Origin: Verrucomicrobiota bacterium
GTDB lineage: Bacteria > Verrucomicrobiota > Lentisphaeria > Lentisphaerales > Lentisphaeraceae
DNA length: 64,000 bases
Direction of reading: 5' to 3'
NCBI GenBank assembly: GCA_039798785.1
Contig: JBDKFG010000004.1
Coordinates: 48,562-112,561, forward strand
A model generated the notes under the pieces. It searched no databases. It had not been told where the DNA came from and worked only from the letters and a program-made list of their open reading frames with translations. This document shows, piece after piece, positions 19,412 through 28,805 of this stretch; the first letter of the stretch is position 1, and each line of letters begins with the position of its first letter. A program made the position numbers and the translations under genes.

Positions 19412-21283
19412 TTAGTCCTCCGGTATCTCGCTGAAGTTAAGTGTGTGCTCACCTCGCTTGTAGTAATGATTTAAGATATAGTCGCCTTCCCTGATTTTAT
19501 CAGATGGCATAGACGTAGCGATAATAATTTGATAAGAATTTGGATCCACATTTTTAAGCATTTCGATCATTCCATTTTGAATCGCATGAGCTCGGTTTTC
19601 CTGCATTCCTTTATCTTCCATACAATCTAAAATTGCAAATTTTGGGATTCTCATACGATCCTCAAATAGAGAGGCATAAAATAGAGAAAATCTAGCCGCT
19701 AGCTTTAAGATGGCATCTGACGATGCTGAGAATTTTGTTGCGCCATCTACAATTATCTTTGACTCTTCGAATAGAAGATATGCCTCTTTTGCGTCATTAA
19801 ATGAACTCTCAAAACCACCGTCAACTTTAATTAATTTTACTATATAGCTCCCAATAGCATTTTTAATCCGATTGGAATAATCCTCTTGTCTTTCTATGGA
19901 AATCTTGATTTTCTCAAGTAATTCAGCTCGGCGGGACTTAAGTTTAATGCATTCACTTTCAAGTTCTATAATCTTTTCATACATAGATTTGATTTTATCA
20001 TGCATGTTAATAGTTGCTTGATTCTCTGCGATTTCCATTGATATACTGGATATCAACCGAGATTGCTCACTAGTAAGAGCGGCGCAAGCTTCAACCTTTT
20101 TAGTTTCAAATCTAATTTTTGATCTAATATCTAAAATTTTATCTCTTTCTATTTCGATTCTTAACTTCTTTTTGATTATCTGATTTCGTGATTCTTTAAT
20201 TTGAAATTCGACCTCTTTCTTCCTTTCAAAATAAAAATCTGTAAATAAATTTGCGTGTTTTTTGTCAGATCTACAAAGCCCGCAGCCAATAGCCGTATGC
20301 GACTCATCAATAGGGCATAAACATTGAGGGCAATAAATGAATTTCAATCCTGAATATACATTATAAAATGATAAAGCCTCCTGAATTTCATCCGTTGATT
20401 TTTCAAGCATCATAATAAGCTGTTCGCTATCTGATATTTCTAATTCGCAATCTTTGATATCATTTTCGATTTCAATCTTTTTTTGTTTGAGCTTATCTAT
20501 ATTTTTTAGTGCTTCCGTTGAGACGTCAGATTTTTTATTCGGTTCATTGATAGTAGATAATGATTCGGTAAGAAGGTTGATCTTAACTTGGCACTTACGA
20601 ATTTTTTCATCGCTTTCAGTTTTGTTCAAAAATGAGTTTGATTTTAAAAATGCGCTAATAGATGCTATGTCTGAAGATATATGGCTATATTTTTTCTCTA
20701 AGAGTAGTAATTCTTGTCGCCACTCATGCGATTCAAGATCATCAATTCCCAGCAAATACTCAGCAACTGATTTTCTTATCCCCTTATTATCATATTCATT
20801 CTGGTCATTAAATAAACTTTTTGGTGACGTATTTTGGTCAGCATAAATTAAGCGAAGGAGCTGAAACATTGTGATTGCGGATGTTGATTCTTCAGTTTTT
20901 CCTAAAGGATAACCAAGAAGTTCAAAAATATGGTATGAAAAGCTTTTTTTGTTTGTAGAATTTTTATACGGCAAAACATTAAAGTTGTTAGATTTAGAAT
21001 CTTTGAAATATATTGCGTTAAGGCGGTTATCATTAATCTCTCTTTTTAAAACAAAATCATTATTATTAATGCGAACCTCAAGAATTACATATTCGCATTT
21101 TTTCTGATATGCTCTCCATGACATTTCTTCATAACCTAACGCATATGCAATAAATTCTAAAATGCTTGATTTGCCAGTGCTGTTGTCGCCAGCAATTACA
21201 TTTATTCCTGGTTTGAATAACTGTTTATAAACCGTATAGCCATTCGAGTAAACTTCCAGGCTCAGTAATTCTAGCTTATTCAT
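19412..21283 (-). CDS. lmuB: SMC/Rad50-like ABC ATPase, Lamassu LmuB / ABC-3C type
   Basis: Walker A GDNSTGKS, YADQ Q-loop, coiled coils around a CPQC...CGLC hook, FSASS signature and Walker B AILDCMEDKGM. Likely start ATG at 21283. Confidence 0.8.
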   Translation of the reverse strand: MNKLELLSLEVYSNGYTVYKQLFKPGINVIAGDNSTGKSSILEFIAYALGYEEMSWRAYQKKCEYVILEVRINNNDFVLKREINDNRLNAIYFKDSKSNNFNVLPYKNSTNKKSFSYHIFELLGYPLGKTEESTSAITMFQLLRLIYADQNTSPKSLFNDQNEYDNKGIRKSVAEYLLGIDDLESHEWRQELLLLEKKYSHISSDIASISAFLKSNSFLNKTESDEKIRKCQVKINLLTESLSTINEPNKKSDVSTEALKNIDKLKQKKIEIENDIKDCELEISDSEQLIMMLEKSTDEIQEALSFYNVYSGLKFIYCPQCLCPIDESHTAIGCGLCRSDKKHANLFTDFYFERKKEVEFQIKESRNQIIKKKLRIEIERDKILDIRSKIRFETKKVEACAALTSEQSRLISSISMEIAENQATINMHDKIKSMYEKIIELESECIKLKSRRAELLEKIKISIERQEDYSNRIKNAIGSYIVKLIKVDGGFESSFNDAKEAYLLFEESKIIVDGATKFSASSDAILKLAARFSLFYASLFEDRMRIPKFAILDCMEDKGMQENRAHAIQNGMIEMLKNVDPNSYQIIIATSMPSDKIREGDYILNHYYKRGEHTLNFSEIPED

Positions 21284-21689
21284 ATGCGTCCTCAAAGAGT
21301 TTTGTTTTTGATAGAAGTTCGTGTTGATCAAGACTCATTACATCTGAATAAAATTCCAGGAATTTTTCATCATTAGTAATTATTGATGAAAAATTATTGC
21401 TCCGAATTATGTTGTCCCCATCAAATGATATTATTGACTTGGCCATTAACAATCGATAGGCTCCGTAATGGCTTTTTTCTAAAAGATAAGCATGGGCTCT
21501 TTTTGTGCCCGAAAATCTGTAACAATCTTTATAAGACTTTGAAAGATTATTATATTGAGGGAAGCAAAAAATAAAATCTACTGATAACAAATACTTTGCG
21601 GGTATCGAGTCCAAACCAAGATGATTCATGTGTGTAGCACATCTAAATGCAGTGTGATACAAGTCGCAAACTTTGTTAAACATAATCAT
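21276..21689 (-). CDS. ABC-3C middle component / LmuC-like protein
   Basis: Has its own GGAGG RBS and ATG at 21689. DLYHTAFR...DFIFCFP motif. Stop overlaps the ATPase start. Confidence 0.65.
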   Translation of the reverse strand: MIMFNKVCDLYHTAFRCATHMNHLGLDSIPAKYLLSVDFIFCFPQYNNLSKSYKDCYRFSGTKRAHAYLLEKSHYGAYRLLMAKSIISFDGDNIIRSNNFSSIITNDEKFLEFYSDVMSLDQHELLSKTKLFEDAYE

Positions 21690-22229
21690 TTGAGCCTCCA
21701 CTTCAAATAGCAATTCCCAGTAATATAAAAAAATTAATCCTTCCAAAGTTCTTCGGTTCAGCATTTCGCTGTCAGTGGTATTTTCATAGAAGTAGTCGAT
21801 AATTATTTTATTGACTTGAGACTTAACCTCTTCGGGTGAAGCTCCACTTTCAATTATAGGATAGATATCATTTGTGAATTTGCTAATTGATTCATCAATT
21901 AAAATTGAAATAATTTTCTGGAACGACAATGAGTTGATATTGCGGTGTAATATTTTAGCAAATAACTCTTTGCACTCTAGTGCGTGTTCTATATAATAAA
22001 TCGGCATGTTTGCTTGGATAAATTTTTCTTCTAAACCAATAGTGCTAGATTCTGATTTTGGTTGCATATAAAGAGATAGATCTTCAAGAAATTCGGAGAC
22101 TGATCTATCGTTAATAATTGCTTTTTTAATTCGTTCCTTAAGGCCAGTAGAAGTTAAATTATTAATGATATTGTTGTCGCCAATAATTGCGATTCCCGTA
22201 TTTCCTTGGATTGTGTTTGAGTTTAGCAT
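21686..22229 (-). CDS. ABC-3C C-terminal-domain / LmuA-like protein with no enzymatic effector, frameshifted at a T7 run
   Basis: IGLEEKF...KELFAKIL...SFQKI motif. Removing one T at 21727-21733 gives the ending GLIFYITGNCYLKWRLK-stop, with the TGA overlapping the next ATG. Confidence 0.65.
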
Positions 22230-22231
22230 AT

Positions 22232-22402
22232 TTATTTTTTCTTTTTCGTGTCATCTATTTTATTTTCATTCCCAATTATTACATTGCCACTGTTGTTTGA
22301 TATGTTGTTAAAATTTATTTTTTTGATAGCGATTCTTATGATAAAAGATGCTACTACAATTATAGCAATACCTCCTCCAATTTGTGCGACTGAAATATCC
22401 AT
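22232..22402 (-). CDS. 56-aa single-TM peptide with N/G/I-rich C-terminal motif (not in the ORF track)
   Basis: AAGGAG RBS. Translation MDISVAQIGGGIAIIVVASFIIRIAIKKINFNNISNNSGNVIIGNENKIDDTKKKK. Fills the gap between drmMI and the next ATG (2-nt spacing). Confidence 0.8.
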   Translation of the reverse strand: MDISVAQIGGGIAIIVVASFIIRIAIKKINFNNISNNSGNVIIGNENKIDDTKKKK

Positions 22403-22420
22403 AAGAATCTCCTTTTTATC

Positions 22421-25400
22421 TCACCCCAAACCCAGCATGGGTTGATTTTCATCATCGCCGCGCTGTTTTTTGGAGTTGGTTTTGGGTTTGGGTTTGGGGG
22501 GTTCTTTGGGTGCTTTGGGTTCTTTTGCGGGTTTCGCAGAAGGTTTTTTGGTGGCTTTTTTGGGGAGGGCGCCGGGGCCGGAGAGGGTTTCCTGGAAGGA
22601 ACGCTGTTGGTTGAGGGCGAGGAGGCGGGCGAGGACTTCGTCGCGGAGCTCGTCGGGCCAGCGGTAGCGGATGTTTTTGGGGATCTCGAGGCCGGTGTCT
22701 TCGTCGGTTTCGGTGAAGTCGGGGATGAATTGGCAGGTGGCGGGATCGGCGGCGCGGGTGGCGAGGTCGTCCCATCCGTAGGCGCGGAGGACGGCGGCGT
22801 CCATCACGGCGTGAAGGCGGCGGAGTTCGGCGATATCGGGGTCGCGGTTGCCTTCATCGTGGAAGCGGTTGTAGGTCTTGGTAAGGCCTTCGTTGTTGCG
22901 GATCATCAGGGCGGCGCGATACTCGTAGTACTCGCGTCCCGCTTCCTCCAAGTCGGTATAAAGCTCAGGCTGATCCAGGAGGTTTTCGGGGAAGGGGAAG
23001 GTTTCGAAGCATGTCGTTGGGGTATAGCAAAGTCGATCTTCTAAAGTTGACATAAACATCCGTGTCCATATTTCGTGAACACGCGATTGGATAATGCATA
23101 GATCAGAATTTTGATCTAGAGCCATCACAGATAAATTGCTAGAATATATTAAGCCCAAAGGCAAAAATGCGAACGCAAAGTGTGCGGAGGCTTGTGCGCC
23201 TGCAACCAAAACTCTTTTTTTGCATTTTATTTCATTGTAAAGATCTTTTGCTGGTGATCCGTATTGCCACCATAATTCGGCTCTTCGCTTATCAATTGAT
23301 GATGCTGTCTTTTTTTCTCGTTCTGGCCTAACTTTTTCTGCCACAATATTAAGTAAATCAGGCCATCGATTGGCTTCATCTTCTGACATTTCACCAAAAT
23401 CTATGATATATCTATCATGATAGTGCCTTGGATTTGAGGCAACCTCTGAATATCCGATCAAAGGGAAGATTCGTTCTGCATTTCTCGGATCATTTGCAAT
23501 GATGCTTTTCATAACGCTTAACTTTGAGGCAATGCCTTTATTGTCATTGTCATCAAAAGTGAATCCTGTTCCTAGGAAGATACTGCCTTGAAAGCTTTTA
23601 GATCTGTTTTCTTTTAGCTGTTTTGGCGAGTCATCCATGTTTCCAGGGAAAAGAAATGCGCTGATTCGTTCAACTGGCTCATTGTCGAGGGATTTATACG
23701 TTAGGGATTTGCCCTTGATGATATGTATTATTGAAACTACAACGGCGGCGAGACCCGGCCATTTGAGGCGGCGGGTGGCGTGGGTGATGGTGCCGCCGTG
23801 GGAGAGGATCCACTTGAGACCCGAGTCGCGGGTGTCGCCTTGGGCGATGGTGTTGGTAGTGACGAAGCCGACACAGCCGTTGACTCGGAGGAGCGAGAAG
23901 GCGCGGCGGAAGAAGTGGGCGGCGAGGTCAGCGTTGCCGTGGGTTTCCTCGTGAAGGGTCTGGAGCCATTCCGGGTAGTGGGCGCGGTTGCCGCCGGCGA
24001 CGGTATTTTTTCCGGCGTAGGGCGGATTCCCGACAATCGCATGGAAGCCCGGTTTGGAGCCGGAGAAGACTTCGGGGAATTCGATTTCCCAGTGGAAGGC
24101 CTTGACCGGGTGGGGGCCTTGGGCGAGAGAATCGATGAGCGCGGTGGGGCGGTCCTCGGGTTTACCTTGACCGAGGTAGGAGCTGAAGCCATCGAGGGCC
24201 TCGTCGCGTTTGGTCTGGCGTTCCTTCGGCTTGGCGGCGGCGAAGAAGGCGGCGATGACCGCGTCGGCGGCATCGCGGACGAGGCTGAGGGCGCGATCGG
24301 CGTCTTTGAGTTTTTCCGCCTTGAAGTGAGGCAGCAGCAGGTCACCGCCGCCGAGGATTTCGATACGGCGTTTGGCGGCGGTTTCGATGCGTTCGAGGAG
24401 GAATTGCTGGCCGAGGCGGCGTTCGGGAGAGGGGAGCCAGTGGAAATCCTCGATCTGGCGTTTGGAGAGGCCGACGAGGGAGTCTCCGGCGCGGATGGAG
24501 TGGTCGAGGAAGGTGAAGGGGTGGTCCTTGGCGAGGGTGACTAGCCAGAGCGAGAGCTTGGCGAGGTCGGCGGCCATGGGATTGCGGTCGACGCCGTAGA
24601 GGCAGGCCTGAGCGACGAGGCGGCGGGCGTAGAGGATCTCGTCTTCATCGGGCGGCAGGAGGAGGGACGTCTTGTGCGACTGCCAGGCGGCGACGAGGGC
24701 GTCGGCGAGTTGGCGGCAGGCTTCGACGAGGAAGGCGCCGGAGCCGACGGCGGGGTCACAGATCTTGAGGTCGAGGATCTGGTCCGGGCGCGGGTTGGGC
24801 CCGAGGGCGGCGAGGACGGGCGCGAGCGCCTTGCGGACGATGGGCTCGGTGAGCGAGCGCGGGGTGTAGTGCGAGCCCGAGCGGCGGCGTTCGTCGGAGG
24901 GTTGGAGGAGGAGGCCGCCTTTGGGGACCGGGGCGGGGGTGGCGTTGCTGGCGAGCTTGCTTTTGCAGGCGGCGATGAGGGCGTCCATCGAGGTCGCTTC
25001 CTTGAGCGGGAGAGCGGCCTTGGGAGTGAATTCGATGTCGAGCTTTTTTAGTGCTTCGAGGCGTTTGGCGCCGTCGAGGGCGAGGAGTTCTTCGAGGTTG
25101 ACGGCGACCGGGGCGCCGGATTTGCCTTTGACCTTGAGGGCGAGGGAGAGCCCCGGGGCGACTTCGAGGCGGAAGCCCATCATCGTCTCGTAGACCGAGC
25201 CGATCTGTTCGACATCGAGGCTGCGGTAGGAGAGGCGTTCGCCGCCGAGGAGCATGAGTTTGGCGAGGATGCGGAAGAGGACGCCATCGGGGACGAGGGG
25301 GAGCTGGGCGGGGAGCTCATCGAGGGGGGAGGCGCGGCCTTCGAGGAAGGGGAAGCGGTCGGGGTCGAAGAGGTAGCCGGAGCGCGGCGGCATGGAGAGG

Positions 25401-26620
25401 CCGGGGTGGCGGCAGCCGGCGTGGACGGCGCGGAAGAGGGCGAGGAGCTGGGCCCAGGCGCCGTAGCGGTGGTCCATGGTATCCGGGTAGCGTTCGTTGT
25501 CGGCGCGGAGGCGTTCGAAGAGGCCGTGGACGGAGTAGAAGCGGGTGTAGAGGGAGGAATCGGGGGTCAGGCCGCGGTCTTCGGCGTAGAGGAGGAAGAC
25601 CATGCGCATGAGGGAGTTGAGGAGGCCGCCGTAGATCTGGGCGGGGTCGTCGCGGAGGGCTTTTTCGAGGAGTTTGCCCTGGGCGGCGGTATCGGCCTGT
25701 TGGAAGCCGCGGAGGAATTCGTAGAGGGCGTCGAGGACCTGGGTGGCGAGCTCGTTGGAGACCTTGGACTGGTATTCGCGGCTTTTCTGGAGCAGGGCTT
25801 CGAGGCGGGTGGGGCTGGGGGCGGCGAAGAGGCGGTAGTCCTCGAGGAGCAATTTCAGGGCGGCGACGATGGGGCGTCCGGGGATGCCGGTCATGGCGCT
25901 GACGGGGAAGCTGAGGGAGCCGACGGTTTCGCCGCGGGGGGCGTAGACGAGGCGGAGCTGACGCTGGTTATAGAGGATGCCGATGGGGACTTGGGTCTCG
26001 CGCAGGAGGCGTTCGAACTTGCGGGCGGGCGAGGCCTGCCAGCCTTGTTCCTTGGAGGAGCCGGTGGCGTCGAGATCGGTGGCGGGGGGGAGGGATTGGA
26101 TGAGGAGGAGGGCGTCTGAGGGAACAAGCTCAGGGCTGCCGCCCCGAACCCCGCTTGGGGACTCGTCCCCAAACCCCGTTTTACTTTTTTCTGTTTCTTG
26201 GGGATTTGAGGGAGTGGGCGAAGAGTCAGGGCTGCAACCTGGGAGCGCCGGCTGCCAGCCGGTTGGCTCTGTGTTTGGCGCTTTACGCAAAAGAACGAAG
26301 TCGGGGCGGAGGGATTCGTCGTTTTCAAGGGGGACTTCAAAACTGCGAGGAATCTGCGGAACGCTGAGGAGCTTGTCGAGTTTCCAGCCGAGGAAGGTTT
26401 GGGCGAAGGTGGGGAATTCGGGGAGGAGGAGTTCTTCGTCGCCGTTGGCGTTGAGGCCGGGTTGGAGGAGGGCGAGGAAGTCCTGGTGATGAAGAGAAAG
26501 GGTGCCGCGGTCGATGCTGAGCTGTTGGTCGGCGAGGACGGCCGGGGAGACGACGAGGCCTTCGGGCTGGAGGTAGCCGATCCAAGCTTGGTGATCTTGC
26601 AGTGAGGGGTCGTAGGCCAT
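22421..26620 (-). CDS. drmMI: DISARM DrmMI, type IIG-like N6-adenine DNA methyltransferase
   Basis: GSHYTP, DPAVGSGAFL, YGVD, FHWEIEFPEVF and GNPPY motifs. C-terminal GLTKTYNRFHD...MDAAVLRAYGW. Confidence 0.88.
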   Translation of the reverse strand: MAYDPSLQDHQAWIGYLQPEGLVVSPAVLADQQLSIDRGTLSLHHQDFLALLQPGLNANGDEELLLPEFPTFAQTFLGWKLDKLLSVPQIPRSFEVPLENDESLRPDFVLLRKAPNTEPTGWQPALPGCSPDSSPTPSNPQETEKSKTGFGDESPSGVRGGSPELVPSDALLLIQSLPPATDLDATGSSKEQGWQASPARKFERLLRETQVPIGILYNQRQLRLVYAPRGETVGSLSFPVSAMTGIPGRPIVAALKLLLEDYRLFAAPSPTRLEALLQKSREYQSKVSNELATQVLDALYEFLRGFQQADTAAQGKLLEKALRDDPAQIYGGLLNSLMRMVFLLYAEDRGLTPDSSLYTRFYSVHGLFERLRADNERYPDTMDHRYGAWAQLLALFRAVHAGCRHPGLSMPPRSGYLFDPDRFPFLEGRASPLDELPAQLPLVPDGVLFRILAKLMLLGGERLSYRSLDVEQIGSVYETMMGFRLEVAPGLSLALKVKGKSGAPVAVNLEELLALDGAKRLEALKKLDIEFTPKAALPLKEATSMDALIAACKSKLASNATPAPVPKGGLLLQPSDERRRSGSHYTPRSLTEPIVRKALAPVLAALGPNPRPDQILDLKICDPAVGSGAFLVEACRQLADALVAAWQSHKTSLLLPPDEDEILYARRLVAQACLYGVDRNPMAADLAKLSLWLVTLAKDHPFTFLDHSIRAGDSLVGLSKRQIEDFHWLPSPERRLGQQFLLERIETAAKRRIEILGGGDLLLPHFKAEKLKDADRALSLVRDAADAVIAAFFAAAKPKERQTKRDEALDGFSSYLGQGKPEDRPTALIDSLAQGPHPVKAFHWEIEFPEVFSGSKPGFHAIVGNPPYAGKNTVAGGNRAHYPEWLQTLHEETHGNADLAAHFFRRAFSLLRVNGCVGFVTTNTIAQGDTRDSGLKWILSHGGTITHATRRLKWPGLAAVVVSIIHIIKGKSLTYKSLDNEPVERISAFLFPGNMDDSPKQLKENRSKSFQGSIFLGTGFTFDDNDNKGIASKLSVMKSIIANDPRNAERIFPLIGYSEVASNPRHYHDRYIIDFGEMSEDEANRWPDLLNIVAEKVRPEREKKTASSIDKRRAELWWQYGSPAKDLYNEIKCKKRVLVAGAQASAHFAFAFLPLGLIYSSNLSVMALDQNSDLCIIQSRVHEIWTRMFMSTLEDRLCYTPTTCFETFPFPENLLDQPELYTDLEEAGREYYEYRAALMIRNNEGLTKTYNRFHDEGNRDPDIAELRRLHAVMDAAVLRAYGWDDLATRAADPATCQFIPDFTETDEDTGLEIPKNIRYRWPDELRDEVLARLLALNQQRSFQETLSGPGALPKKATKKPSAKPAKEPKAPKEPPKPKPKTNSKKQRGDDENQPMLGLG

Positions 26621-26846
26621 GCGTCGACTTCGAGGGGTTAGAGGCGTTTGGAGATTAGGGGGTTGGTTATAAACTTCAAGAGGGAGTTAGTGGGAGTTAG
26701 ATCAAGATTTTAAGAGAAGTTTTTGACCACGAAAGGCACGAAATACACGAAAGGGGGGCAGGGGAGGAGTTCCCTGGGAGCGCCGGCATCTTGCGGGGTG
26801 TTGTTCCCTGGGAGCGCCGGCTGCCAGCCGGTTGCAGTTTGGGTGC

Positions 26847-28454
26847 TCATGAGCGTTTTCCTTTCGCGGCGAGGGCTTGGCGGCCTTTGGCGGTGAGGCG
26901 GTATTTCTGCAAGCGGCTGTTGGGTTTGTCGGGAAGGGTCATTTCGATGAGGCCGCTTGATAGCAAATGAGATATCGACTTCTTAAAGTTGCCCGTCGGG
27001 TTCTTGTAGCCTAGCGCGGAGAGCAATGATGAACGCCCTGATGAACCATGACTCAATGTCTTGAGGATTTTGCTGTCCGTCAAGGCAAGATCGACTGGGG
27101 CCTCGACTGGGGCCTCGACTGGGGCCTCAACTGGGGCCGCGACTTGCTCCACAAGGTTGACTTGGGGTGCGACTGGGGCCGTGACTGAGTCGGCGACTTC
27201 CGGTTCGGCAAGGACAGGGAAGAAGCGGGTGAGGAAGTGGTCGTGGTCGGGGTTGGTGACGAATTCGGGGGCTGGGGAGCCGTTGGCTTTGAGGATGCGG
27301 AGGATCTTGGGGATGCCGGTGGAGCGTCCTTCGGTGAGGTCGAGTTCCTTGAGGAATTCGCCGATGCGGCGGTTGCGGTAGCGGCGGGGAAGGGCGCGAC
27401 CTTGGCGGAGTTCGTCGATGGAGACCGAGCGGTCGGGTCCGGGGTAGTTGATGATGACCAGGTCTTGGGGGGTGATGCGGACTTCGATGGGCTCGCGGGT
27501 GTCGTAGCCTTTGTGGTAGACGGCGTTGGCGAGGGCTTCTTCGAGGGCTGGGAGGGGGTAGTTTTTGCAGCGGGTGGATTCGGGGCGGTCGTTGTGCTTG
27601 ATGACGATGTCGTGGAGGAAGTGGCGCTCGAGGTAGTTGAGGGCGTCCTTGAGGGCGATGTGAATGGGGCCGCGGAAGATCTTCTCGGCGAAGCGGTCGC
27701 CACCGGGGCCATCGGGGAAGTCGACGATGTCGATCTGGGCCTGGGGGAAGAACTTGTGCGGTTCGGGATGGAAGAAGAGGAGGCCGATGTTGAGCGGCTT
27801 GGGGTGCTCGGGGGGACCACCGACGACTTGCAAGCGGCGGGCGAGCTCGAGAGTGGGCAGGGAGGTCGCTTCGTCGGCGAAGCCGGATCCGATGTCCTTG
27901 AGGTATTGCAGCATCAGGTCGCGGGAGAGATCCTCGATACGGGCGTGGTGGTTGACGCGGTCATCGAAGGGGATGCGGGCGCTGAGGCCGATCAGCTCGG
28001 CTTCGTCCTGGTCTTTGGCGCGGACGGTGGAGGAGTTCTTGCGGATGAAGGCGGCCCATTCGCTGTGTTTGCCGAGGCTGAGCTTGGCTTTGTAGGGGCG
28101 GACGTCGCCGCCGAAGCACTGGACGACGAGGATGGGTTTGCCTTGATACTCGCAGGGGTAGCAGACGGGCAGGTAGTGGGGGCGGATGGCGGAGTTGCTG
28201 AGCTCGAGGAGTTCTTTCTGGATGCCGTCGAAGAGGGCGGGATCGAGTCCGGTGGGAGGCAGGACTGGGCGGCCGTCTTTCTCTTCCACTCCAATGACGA
28301 TGTAGCCGCCACCGAGGTTATGGAAGTCGTTGGCGAAGGCGCAGAGGGTATGGAGGATGCGCTCGGGGTTCCAGCCGGCCTTGAATTCGAGGCGCTCCCA
28401 CTCGGCGATCTGGCCGTGGAGGAGTTTATCGAGGTTGAAGGGCGGGTGGAGCAT
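26847..28454 (-). CDS. AlbA_2 (Schlafen-like) + HATPase_c_4 + wHTH protein
   Basis: LEFK, CAFAN...GGYIVIGV, EALANAVYHKGY, YRNRRIG and EGRSTGI motifs. Tandem 12-bp repeats encode a VEAP linker. NSRLQKYRLT tail. Confidence 0.85.
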   Translation of the reverse strand: MLHPPFNLDKLLHGQIAEWERLEFKAGWNPERILHTLCAFANDFHNLGGGYIVIGVEEKDGRPVLPPTGLDPALFDGIQKELLELSNSAIRPHYLPVCYPCEYQGKPILVVQCFGGDVRPYKAKLSLGKHSEWAAFIRKNSSTVRAKDQDEAELIGLSARIPFDDRVNHHARIEDLSRDLMLQYLKDIGSGFADEATSLPTLELARRLQVVGGPPEHPKPLNIGLLFFHPEPHKFFPQAQIDIVDFPDGPGGDRFAEKIFRGPIHIALKDALNYLERHFLHDIVIKHNDRPESTRCKNYPLPALEEALANAVYHKGYDTREPIEVRITPQDLVIINYPGPDRSVSIDELRQGRALPRRYRNRRIGEFLKELDLTEGRSTGIPKILRILKANGSPAPEFVTNPDHDHFLTRFFPVLAEPEVADSVTAPVAPQVNLVEQVAAPVEAPVEAPVEAPVDLALTDSKILKTLSHGSSGRSSLLSALGYKNPTGNFKKSISHLLSSGLIEMTLPDKPNSRLQKYRLTAKGRQALAAKGKRS

Positions 28455-28805
28455 GGGGACCTTGGGGGGATTCAAGATTCAGGATTCAAGATGAGGCGGG
28501 AACTACGGAAGACACGGAGGGCACGGAAGGAGTGAACCACGAAATACACGAAAGACACGAAAGAGTGACTGCAGAGACGTGGCTCGACCATCTTGGTCGA
28601 GAAAGGAGGACAGGCGTCCCGCCTGTCGATGCCACGGGAGACGGCTTGTAGGGGCGTATAGAGGCGTATAGCCGAGAGTAGCAGTGGCGTATAGGGCGTA
28701 TGGCTTGATCCGTAAATGATCCGTGTTTGCCCATAACTGCCCCATAACTGAGCTTGAAGGCGCACCATAATGATCCGTAAATGATCCGTAAATTGGGTGC
28801 GAGCC

